Below, one piece after another: positions 49,201-61,200 of a stretch of 64,000 bases of DNA. Within the stretch, counting starts at the first letter, position 1. Every line of letters starts with the position of its first letter. The position numbers and the translations under genes are program-made. The stretch is from Leucoraja ocellata (Eukaryota): contig JAWMAR010000160.1 in NCBI GenBank assembly GCA_036785375.1, positions 2,418,001 to 2,482,000 of the forward strand, written 5' to 3'. The notes below the pieces were generated by a model. It did no database searches, was not told the origin of the DNA, and was given only the letters and a program-made list of their open reading frames with translations.

Positions 49201-52200
49201 TCCTCACGTACAAAGGAAGAGTTGACACTGCTATAAATAGTAGATCACCACATACTAGTTATCTTGTGATAATTTTTAAGTCCTGTAGCTAGTTTTTGTA
49301 TCAGTTTGGTATATGGTAATTCCACATGGAGGTTATAGCAAAAAGAGTAATATTGTATTCTATGCAACAAATATGATCTTCCTCATTTATTTTGTTCATC
49401 CTAAACATGCAAAGCTGCAAATTAACCAATGTTTTTCTTGTCATATTAAGTTTTCTAAAATTCGTTAGTTCGAGATTTGTGTTCTGCCCCCCTCATTAAT
49501 GAACCCTGGCCATTAACAAAGTCCAAATGATTCAGGTTGAATAAGTAGTTTAGTTTATCTGATTTTATCAGTGTGTTTCTTAGGATAGTTTTATGGATCA
49601 TCAAATATCATCAAGAGAAGACATCCTTTTTAATTGACAATATAAGATTAATGAAACCAGTGCTCTTGGTCTAACTATGAGCATATTGCATGCAACTATG
49701 GTAACAGCATATATCATGCTCACACATGGTCCAATGGCCCATTCATTTAAATGAACTATTGTTGTTAACCATATATTAGCAATCAAAACTCTTGAGTAAG
49801 GATTGGCATTGTCAAGTTTGGAGTTGGTTGTGGGGGAATGTTTTTTAAATATCTCTCCTCGACGGAGATGCAACTTTTTTTCGTATCATATCTCCGTCCG
49901 CACTGTGGCCTAACATCGTGGAGTCGGTGGCCTCTTGCTGGGGATCGACCTCGGGAGCTCCAACCGCTGGAGCCTGCAGACTTAACATCGTGGAGCTCAC
50001 GGTCCCTAGTTAGGGACCGACTTCGGGAGCTCAAGCCGCAGGAGCTTTGATCGCCCCAACGCGGGAACTTCGAATCGCCGGCTGCGGGAGCTTCGATCGC
50101 CCCGACTGCGGATTGTTTGACTGCCCCGACCGCGGGAGAAAAGGAGGAAATCATGCAAATCATCTAACGTTTTTCTATGTATTTTAGCTTTTGATTTAAT
50201 ACGTCATTCTACTATACATCTGAGTTATTTTCAGATTTTTTTTCCTATTTTGTATCTTTTTCCCTATGCCTGCTTTCCCTAGTTAGGACAGTAGAATTAC
50301 CCAGTACAGGGTACCTGTATATTCAACATCTCAGCAAAATAGCACTCGTGCTTTTTTGTGTACCTTCGATTCTCCAGCATCTGCAGTTCCTTCTTAAGCA
50401 CTCATGTCATCTTTGAGCGGAAGTGCAATTCACAGGTTTTCATTTTGCAAACAATTTGCCTTGCCATAGAAGATATGCTGATAACTAACAAACTCATTGC
50501 AGACTGTGATGGAAAGTGAGTAGATGCACATTGAGATTTAAAAAAAGTGAGAAGTACAATAATCCCTGGATATTGTCATTGAGCACAGTATGTGAGAGGA
50601 AACCTTGATACCTGTACGAATCTTGATGGCGCAGCTTTCAAATAATTTTATTTCAGATGCAAAAGAAGACGTTGTATGGAACTTGGATAGTGACAACAGA
50701 AAGAAATATATCAAGAAAGTGCCACATTATGAATCATTTGAAGAAATGTCTTCAGGTGTGGAAAGTAATTATAGAAAAGGGATGCTTAGGGCTTATTTCT
50801 TTCCCTATGGTTTTCCTGTAGCAGAAGTGCAACCATTGATTGATTGATTTAGTACCGTTTCTTAACCAGCCAGATTAAAACAGCAAACAAATAAATAGCA
50901 TAAGTTTTCACATCTGTTATATAAGAATTGATGAACACAAGCATATGCGTGATGTGTGTATTTGGCATTTAGGTGGTCTTGAAGGTTTGTTAATGTTACA
51001 ATACATTTTAGAAATAAATTATACAATACTCCTCAAGTAGATTAGCACTTTACAAGATAGGGATTTGACACCAAATGGGAAATAATAGGAATTACGGATA
51101 GCTTTTTAAAATAGTTTTGAAGAGTAAACCAAAATGAAATGGTTTTGGGATTGAAGGGTAATATATTTTGTCAGAAAGATTCATGGATGATTTTGGAGCA
51201 GTGGAACAAAACAGTAAGGTCCAGAATCAGCAAAACATTGAATGGGGCCTGAGAGGAGAAGCTGGAGAATATTTTATACCAGGGTACACAAGATCAAAAA
51301 CTCTGAAATAAAGTTGTTTGGATACAGAGAAGTAGTGAGATATGTCAGAGCAGGGTGTAATGTGACAATCAGAACAGGACTCAGTACTCCAAATGCAACT
51401 GAACCAGAGCTTTATACATCTGTAACATCACTTCCTGACTTTTATACTCAACATCACTTTCTGACTTTTATACTCAACCCCTCACCCCATGAGTGATGAA
51501 GGCAACTATGCTGTATGGCATTTTTACCATCCTATCTACATGTTGCTACTTTCAGGGAGCTATGAATCAGAACAAGTCATTCCTCTGTACATAAATGTTT
51601 CCAGCCATTTATTGTGTTATTTTCTCTTACATTTGACCTTCAATAGAGGAATTGTTGTAGTGTAAAAATAAACATTTGCTGTAAATGATATAGAGAGGGA
51701 AACAGCATGTGAAATATGAAAATGAACCATTAAACACAGTGGTTAACACGAGCGACCTTTTGGATGTTGATGTCAAAATCACTTGAGATTTAATGATCGT
51801 GCTGGAAAGTCCTTGCTCAGATTTAGTTCCACCTAAGCTATACAATAAGTTTTGGTGCCACTTTCTGGTGTATTGCTATATGAGAAACATGGGATCTTAG
51901 AAGTGCTCTATCCAGCAGTTGCTGATCCTCTCATTTTTCTTCAGCTATTGACATTCCTATTGGCTTCATTCTTTTCAACTTGGACATTGGATTCACAGAT
52001 TGTCTTACAGTGCTGAAAGATCTATGTTATGGTTACAGCTATCACATTTCCTGCACATACTATCTGTCCTCCAGGCCATGTTTTGTATGGACCTTGACCT
52101 TCAAGTCTGTTTTAGCCTCCATTGAGGGTGCTTTCAGTCCAAAAGTGTGTTGCATGTATGATGGCGCTTCTAGTATAAGGATGCCTTGCATTATTAGTTT

Positions 52201-55200
52201 ATTAGCTTCCGGATCTCTTGGTCGTTGTTACCAGACCATTCTCAGTGGTCTCATGGAGAGCAAGAGGGGTTCTTGGCTCATAGGCTCCAAATCCACACTC
52301 AGCAAAATCAATAATCCCACTCTCACCATCGACGGCACCACTGTCTCCCCAGGCCCGCAACCTTGGCGTGATCTTTGATTCCACCCTCTCCCTTGAGCCT
52401 CACATCTGCCATGTCATTAAAACCTCCTTCTTTCACCTCCCCAACATCGCCAAACTCAGACCCTCTCTCACACCTCCCGCTGCTGAAAGACTCATCCATG
52501 CCTTCATCTCCTCCCGACTGGACTACTGCAACTCACTTCTCCTTGGCATCAGCTCCACCTACATCAACCGACTCCAACTGGTCCAGAACGCAGCCGCCCG
52601 ACTCACCACCCACACCAAATCCTGGCATCACATCACTCCAGTCCACAAACAACTTCACTGGCTTCCCATCTCCCACCGGATCACCTACAAAATCCTGATC
52701 CTCACCTACAAAGCCCTCCACCATCTGGCCCCCCCATATCTCACTGACCTCCTCTCCCCCTACCAACCCTCACGGTCCCTCAGATCCACATCAGCCGGTC
52801 TCCTCTCCATCCACAAATCCAACCTCCGCAGTTTTGGGGACAGAGCCTTCTCCAGGGCAGCTCCCAGGCTCTGGAACTCCCTCCCCCAACTGATCCGCAA
52901 TTCCGTGTCCCTCACCATCTTCCAGTCCCGCCTCAAGACCCATCTCTTCACCTCTGCCTATCCTTAGCCCCACGTCCCCCACCCTTTTCATCTGTGCTTG
53001 AATTGCCTCATATTGTGTTTTGAATTGAATTCTGTCTTTAATTTGTGTACTAGTCATGTCTCTACTATTTATTTCATTCCGCTTACATGTTTTTCCTCTA
53101 CTTGCTAAATTTTTGTACGGTGTCCTTGAGACTCTTGAAAGGCGCCCATAAATAAAATGTATTATTATTATTATTATTGGCTGTGTTAATTAAGGTAGTT
53201 TTCAGGTCAGACCAGTCATTTGGGACATTCTGTGGCTCCTATTGATTGGGTCTCTTCAGGTTGGTTCTTCAGATGGATTGAATAGAGGTTTCTTTGTGAT
53301 TTCTTTGAGATCTTCACTATTGATTTCCAAATAACACCGTTTCTGTTACTGTCATTCTTTAAACATCGGGTTGATAAAGATAAAGTAGTGGAAATGTCTC
53401 TCATGCAGCAGCAAGCTAGCTGAGAAACAAATTGCACCTTTGCTGCTTTACGTATCCTTCTGATGTCCGAAAATACTTTTACTTCCAATAATCAACTCAA
53501 TTCTAACAAAGAGTTGCATACCTGAAATGTTCATAAGGTCATAAGATATAGGAACAGAATTAGACCATTTAGCCCACTGAGTCTCCTCTGCATTTGATCA
53601 TGGCTAATCTACTTTTCTCTCTCAATCCCATTCTCCTGCCTTCTCATCTTAACCTTTGACATTAATCGAGAACCTATCAATCTCTGCTTTAATAATATCC
53701 ATTAACTGAAATGAAATTTCACAAATGCTGCCTGAATTGCTGAATTTTGCAGCATTTTTAATGGTTTTTTTTCAGATTCATATCTGCATTTTTTTCAATT
53801 TTAATTCACTATTATGACTGTTGGCGAAGCATCAAACATTTCCTGCGATAAGGTCCACGATCGGCATTGTGGTAATTGCCAGGTAGTCACAGAATACTAA
53901 GACATTAGACTTTGTAGTCTTTCTGACCTCTCAAAAATAAAATACTATATTGCTCCCCAGAACTGCTCCCAGGAAGAGGAAGATGACTAAACTTTATTGC
54001 CTTCCCTCACAGTGGGAGACCTGTGTGGGGATGTTCATGTTAAATTCCATCATGTATTGTGTTCTTTTTATTCGTATGGCTGTATGGTAAATCAAATCTC
54101 ACTGCACCAATTGGTGCATATGACAATAAATGTAACTTGGACTTGGATGTCAGCATACATGTTTGTGCACAGATTTCTGAAGTGGGTCTTTGAATACATG
54201 TTATTTTATTGAAAATATGTATGTGCTTCTCACATTCAATGGAGGATTTTTATCTTAACATAGTGACATTTTTTTTAGACAGCATGGAATACTATGAAGT
54301 GTTTCATTATTTGGCTTGAGTTCAGATTGTTAGAATTGATGATAGCTGAGCAACTTGCTGTTCACCATTTTGTAAGAAGAAATCCTATGTGGAGGATAGA
54401 TCATTTAATACATTGTTTTAATGGCAGCATGTAGCAATATCTGAGAAAATGTTTGCACCATGGAAAATATCCATGTGCTAGTAAACAACAATATCACTCT
54501 ACATAGTGATTTATATTTCAAACGTTTTAGTCAAGCACAGTAGTTAGCATTATACCTCAGCATGATCTCATCTAAAAATGGCACTGCTGACCATATATCA
54601 CGAGGGCATTATTTGTGAACTTATCTGAGACTTACCCTCATAATTTTGTGGATATGATAAAATATCACCATGGAATCAAATCTTAGAATGGGAGGATCAA
54701 ACTAAAGGTAGGACCAATAGTACCTGGGTTTTAACATTACAGCTTTACAAGAGAAAAGAGTTACTTTTAAATAGAAACAAATAGTTAAAAATGGTTAATA
54801 GATCAGTTTGCATTTACAGAAAGAGAAAGAAAGAGAATACATAAAGTTTATGTTTCAGGTCAGTGACCTTTCTTCAGCCGTAAAACTTCTGATGAAAACC
54901 AGACCAGGCGGTATCTTCAGTTAGTTAAATCAATTCAGACAATCTTTATGTCAATCAATATTAATCAATCTGAAGAAGGTTCTTGACCCGAAACGTAACC
55001 CATTGCTTCTCTCCAGAAATGCTATCAGTCCCGCTGAGTTACTCCAGCTTTTTGTTTCTATCTTTATTTTAAACCAGCATGTGCAGTTCCTTCCTACACT
55101 CTTAATCAATAGGCATGTAATTTGAAGCCAAATCTTTACGTGTGAATAAAGGGACAACAGGAAGTTGGGCAGACATGAGAATGGTTGCTGGTCCTTCAGT

Positions 55201-58200
55201 GATAAGGCTGCTGAATGGATGCAGTTTTTGCTCTCACTGGCACTGATAAGACCAGTGTCAATTCTTTGCCTGTATTGTTGAGGAATATCTGTCTATTATT
55301 ACTACATGAGCCTTTTTGCCAGTCTTGCTCGTTATCCAGTGAAAGGTGCATAAGGAGTAGAAAGTAGAAAGTAGTTTGATTAACTATGATTGTCCATGCA
55401 AGACACAATGTGGTTCGCACATAAGGGAAGAATGTTTGTATAGAATATTACAAAACTACAGGTGCGCATGGAACAGTATTTTGTCACTTGTTAGTGACTT
55501 TTCAAGAGAAGAAGAAAAGTGGATAAAAAAGAAAAATAAACAATTTTAAGAAATTGTCAAAAATTTAAGAGAATATTTTGAGGAGTTAACAAGCTCATTG
55601 TGACATTCCAATTTTTATACACAGTGTCCAACCAATGAAGTCAAGCATAATGTATTCTTCCTTTACCATCCTATCCACTTGTGTTGTGACTTTCAGGGAG
55701 GTCTTGAATCCCAAGATCGCTTTGTATATCAATACTTTTGGGGGTCCTACCTTTACTGTGTACCTTCCTCTTGCATTTGACCTCCCAAAATACATCACCT
55801 AACACTTGGCTGGATTGAATTCCATCTGCCATTTGTCTGTCAAAATTTCCAATTGATCCATATCCTGCTGTATTCTTTGACAACTATTTTACAATTCTGT
55901 CATTTTTTTTTGTTGCCTGCAGACTTAATAATTAGATCATCTATATTTTCATCCATCATTTATCTACAATAGAAACAACCGATCGCAGCACTGATTCTTG
56001 AGGACCACCACTGATCATGGACCTCAAGTTCTGTATAGCCAGATCAAGCCAGATTTTGTATCCAATTTCGTCCTTCCCATGTGAATTAAGGAATGGGACA
56101 GGATAATTAAAAATAATTATTCTTTATTCAGTATTAAAGCTTGATTAAAATTTAGTAAAAACATGCTCAAATATATCCTGACCTGTTTGTAAGTCCAGAA
56201 TTTTTAATTTTCAAATTTTTGACCACCTACACTTTTATATATCTGTTTGGATATTAAAACTTCAATTGCTGCTCAAAGTAATTGTTCCTTATTTTCCAGA
56301 CTTGGAAGATGAAAAGGTAAGGCAAGCTAATAAGCACCACGATACTGGTCAAGAACATGAACAAAACCATATCAAAGAACAAAAGTCAACTGACGATCAC
56401 GATGATTACTGGGTAGTTGGGCAAAGACGCTTCAGAATAATCGTTCTCAGTAAGTGGTGAATTGGCTGGAAATTATGAATACCTCATAGAACTCCAATGA
56501 TTCAATGATACTTTATTGTCACATGTACCAAGGTACAATGAAATGCTTTGTTTTGCATACAACCTGGTAAAATCGTATAGCAGACTTCACTCAGGCAGTA
56601 CACGTGTGCCCCACATTTTGGTACTAATGCTTAGTCAGTTTATTTAGAGCACCACGGCCAATTACTTCATCAAACATTACTTATTTTGAAAAATTAGACT
56701 GATCTTAGCTCTCCGCCCCCCACAATTACAGCTATCATTTTAAACAGCTCTAATTAACTGATAAAAGCGTTATATTGGTAAATTTAAGGAACACGTCTTT
56801 TAAAGCAATGTAAATCTCTTTAAGGTAATTCAAATAGAAAAAGCTGTCCATCCATGGCTATCAAGAAACATATAACCTAAACAACTTTCTTTTGTTGCCA
56901 AAGAATTGGGATGTGGGAAAATTACAGATTAATTGAAGGATGACCAGGACATTGATAGGAACAAGGAAATCGAATATGTGCTTGAGGGAGAGAGAAACAC
57001 AAAAGCTGATTGTAAGATCTTGTTTACTCTTAAAACCAAAAGAATAGTTAAAATTAATGCAGGTCTTTACAAGGGACAGGAGAAATTACACTGGAGAAAT
57101 ACGGAAATGACAGAAAAATTAAACAAATATTTTTTGATAACCTATTTGAGAAGGGACAAAAATCCTCCCAGAAATAGAAGACAATAGCAAGTCTAGAATG
57201 AAAAGAGAGTTCAAATATAACGGTGTACAATTAATAGAGATTAAATAAATGGGACTGAAAAGTAATAAATCTGCAGGATCTGGTCATTTGCAAACCTAGC
57301 GTTTTAAAGGAGGCAGAAATGGAGATAGTGAATGCAGTAGCTGTCATCTTACAAAATTTCACAACTACAGAACGGTTCGCACTGTTGGGTGGTAGCAAAT
57401 GTTACTACAGTTTAAAGAAAGGAGGAAGAGAGAGAAAACGGGGAACTATAACACCAGTTGGCCTAACATGAGTAATCGGGAAGATTGTTCAAACCTTTTG
57501 TTAAAGCGGGTTATAGTGTCCTGACAAAATAGGACTGGTAAGAGTTTTTCAGACTGCAGTTGGCAACATGGATAAGGGCAAACTGGGTGTTTAATTTTTG
57601 AGGTTACAAGTAATGGAATAGTTAAAGCCAATTCAAGAAAGCAGCTTGCCACCGCCTTCCCTAGGGCAATTGGGAAACCAGCAATACAAGTTGGCATTGT
57701 TTGCACTTCCTAAATCCAGAAAATAACAATAAAAGTAATCAATTATTAATCAGACTGAGAGCGCACATTATTAGGGCCGTGGATTGGGGACTGCAGTGGA
57801 TTGGGGATTGACTATTGAACAAAAATATATGGTAGAAATAAGCTAATGATTTTGATGTTTGGAAGACAATGACTAGGGTGATGCCATAGAGATTGCTGCT
57901 GGAGCCCCATGTAACTTGGTTATATTACACTTTGTCCCCTCATCCAATGTATTCATCAGCAAACTTATTGATATTATATTTTGTCCCCTATGGGGAAAAA
58001 AATGTAATATAAACTAGTTTGCTGATAACACAAAGCTAGGTGGCAGTGTGGGCTGTGAGGAGGGTACAGAGAGGTTTCATAGAGATGTCGACTGATTATA
58101 TAAGTAAGGATATGGCAGTTAGAGTATATGCTATCCACTTTTTGAGAGAAAAACTAGTTATCAGAGTACTTTTTACACAAGTAATTGAAAGATTGGATAC

Positions 58201-61200
58201 AGATGGAATTGGATGTTCTTGCTCATGAATTGTGGGGAGCATGTGAGTGTAGGAGAGAGTTAGGAAGACAAATGGTATGTTGCTGTTTACTTCAGAATGA
58301 TTTGAGTACAAGAGTGGAGGTGTCCTGCTCCAAATGTATAGAGTTGTGGTTATGCCTGGAATATATTGAGCAGAGGTCTGGTTGCATGATCTAAGGATAG
58401 TGTCCTGTCATTGATGCATACAGACTGACACGCTTGACAGCATGGATGCAGGGTTAATGTTTCCACAGGTTGGTGTGTTTAGAACCAGGGCTCACAATCA
58501 CGGGGTCATTGATTCAAGACAGAAAATTCCTTCTCCCAGAGGGTGGTGAATCTTAGAAATTCTCAGTCTGAACGAGCTGGGGAGGCTCAGTTGCTGTAGT
58601 TCAAGGTAGAAATTGAAAACTTTTTATTAATATGGTAATTATAATATGAGGTTAGCACAGGAAAATCCCGCCAGGGTAAATGATTAGCCATAGCTGAGCA
58701 TGCACAAGGGGCCACATGGTCTGGTCTTTATTCCATCTCTTATGTTTTAAAGGCATCTTTCCTGATAAGCAAAAAATATATTGTATTCATGCTGGGTTGT
58801 TAATGAACGACAAGAGGTGGAGATCAGAATTGCACAGTGCCTCTGCTCCTATTTTCTTCAACAATGAAACCTGGACACTGTTGGATGCTTGGCATTTACC
58901 TCCTATGTAAAGAGGTTGTACAACTGGTAACATGAATACTAGTCTCCTGTTGCTAATGAGGAAAATGGGAAAAGAGTTACTTTAACACAAAGAGAGGTAT
59001 GGAATGACATACCTCACATGTCATTTGTATCTTTTAATAATTTAATCACAGGACACGTATTGCTGACAAAGTCTACATTTAACATCTGTCCCTTATAATT
59101 ATCTTCCCTGACACTAGCCTTTTTATTTAATTAACTGAAACTAAATTTCCCAGCTATTTTGATGGGGCTTAGAATAATCAGTCTAGGCCTCTGGAAAGAG
59201 GGTAATTTACACACTTTGTTTTTTCACCACTTTTTTTGCCATGAGTGGACAGATAATCTGTACAACCAGATGATTGATCATGTATCCAAAATAGTAACCT
59301 TATACAAAATTGTGGGTCCTTCTCAACGCAGGGATAATGACGTGCAACATTTAGAGTTGTAAAAATGCCTTCCATACACCATATATCTTTTCAACAGAGG
59401 TATTTTAAGAATATAGATGTTAGGTAATATATATCTACCCATTGCTGTTGATGTAACAGGACTGATAAAGCTAAATAATTTCTGTTTCACTAACTCCCTT
59501 TTCTTCCTTTCCAGTTATTTTAGGTGTTCTTATTGGTTTTTCTATTTTACTGATCCTAGCATGGTTCTTTGTACCGAGACGGGTTATAAATAAAATGTAA
59601 GTATTATTTATACATTGCATACCATTAACATACTGTAAAATTACAAATTATCAAATATAAGCATTGCTAGGACTTAAGGAAATGTGATTTTTTTTTCTTG
59701 ACTCAAAGGATAATGCCTATCTTCTGAGAAATGTCAGACCTCTTAAGGGCATTGCAATATTGAAATCAAGCTAATGATCACCAAATAGGAATCTTGCCTT
59801 GATGTTGCACCTTAACTTACCCCTCAGCAGCCATGATTATTTATAAGCAACAGTGGATCTTTGGTACGAGGGGTATCATGTCTCAGCTTAATCCTTTCCA
59901 GAAGTTATTCCATGCACATAATGGAAACTGAGAAATAATGTTGACAGATTGCAGTCATTAGCCTGTTCCCCCCCCCCCCCCTCAAAAAAAACATATAACC
60001 ATGGACTCCTTACATTTATTAACCAAGTCATTTGCCTGTTAAGCTTCCTTTAATCTATTGACCAACATACTGAATTATCTGAAAACTCTACATCCATCAA
60101 TCACTCATGGAAGGAAAATTATAGCCCTGCCATAGGCCATTTAAAGAACAATCCTTTTAATTTTTACTCTTGCCATATTGCTGCACTGCAAGATCACAAA
60201 ACTCATCTTTAGAGATAATGTAGCACTTCTATCACAAATATCCTCCATTGAGATTATAAAACTGGCACTCAAAATAGATTTTTGTTTTTTGGAATTCTGT
60301 TTCATGAAATCCTTCCACATTCCAAAGTAATGTGATATTTCTCTCTTACTTGAATATCAAATCAGAGTACCGCTTTAAAATTGTTGTCTCCAATAACCTG
60401 AAGATCATAAAATTCTCACTGAACATACAGAAGCTAGCAGAAGTAACTTGGAAAAACAAAGTTTGATATCTCCATATGTTGTACTAGTCCCAACAATTAA
60501 ATATAAAACACCAGTCAAGTGTAACATTTCAGGAACAAAACTCATCCCCATGCAAAGTAATGCTTTGTTTGGAATAAAAAGCTGTACATTTAAATCCACA
60601 TAGTTATGACCTCAATAGTTACAAGTATTTTTCAACTTCACACCATTAAACATACAATGAGGGGTTAAGTGCTGGAAGATCCTGGCTATTTGAAACTACA
60701 AACACATCACCACATCAAATCTGCAGCTCCAAATTGGCTGAAATCCTACAAACCTTTTTATAATCATGCATAGAAACAGCTGTTGGCCCTAAAGTGGCCG
60801 TCATGTGGATAGCCTGCAACATCTTGAACAAGACCTAATTGAAGATTCCTAATTGACATTTCTACATTTAGCCTGCAGGACATTTCCTTCATAATGGAAA
60901 GAGAAAGAGTTTCTGTTGCAAATGAGGTGAAAGGATTTGTTTCAAATACCAGGTATATCCACTACGTGTTTGGACAGGACTTATTGCTACCACATATCAA
61001 GTTGATTCTGATGCTATTAAAGGGAGCGTTATATTAGTGCATGTCTTTTGAACTATGAAATAGATTATAAGCTAAACTCTTGTTTCATTGTCCTTAATCG
61101 TGTGCACAGGTGAAACTATAGTAATAGCGTGATCCTGTTGTGATGAAAAACTGTTCACTCAATGTGTTTAGGTTCAAACTTAGCCCATTCCTGGTCTATT

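Noticed and set aside
51424-51475. 26-bp tandem duplication (aacatcactt(c/t)ctgacttttatactc x2)
   Set aside because: Simple slippage duplication at the edge of an old CR1 fragment; no sign of function
52368-52967. 199-aa ORF as a host gene
   Set aside because: It is the C-terminal part of an L2 LINE ORF2, 5'-truncated
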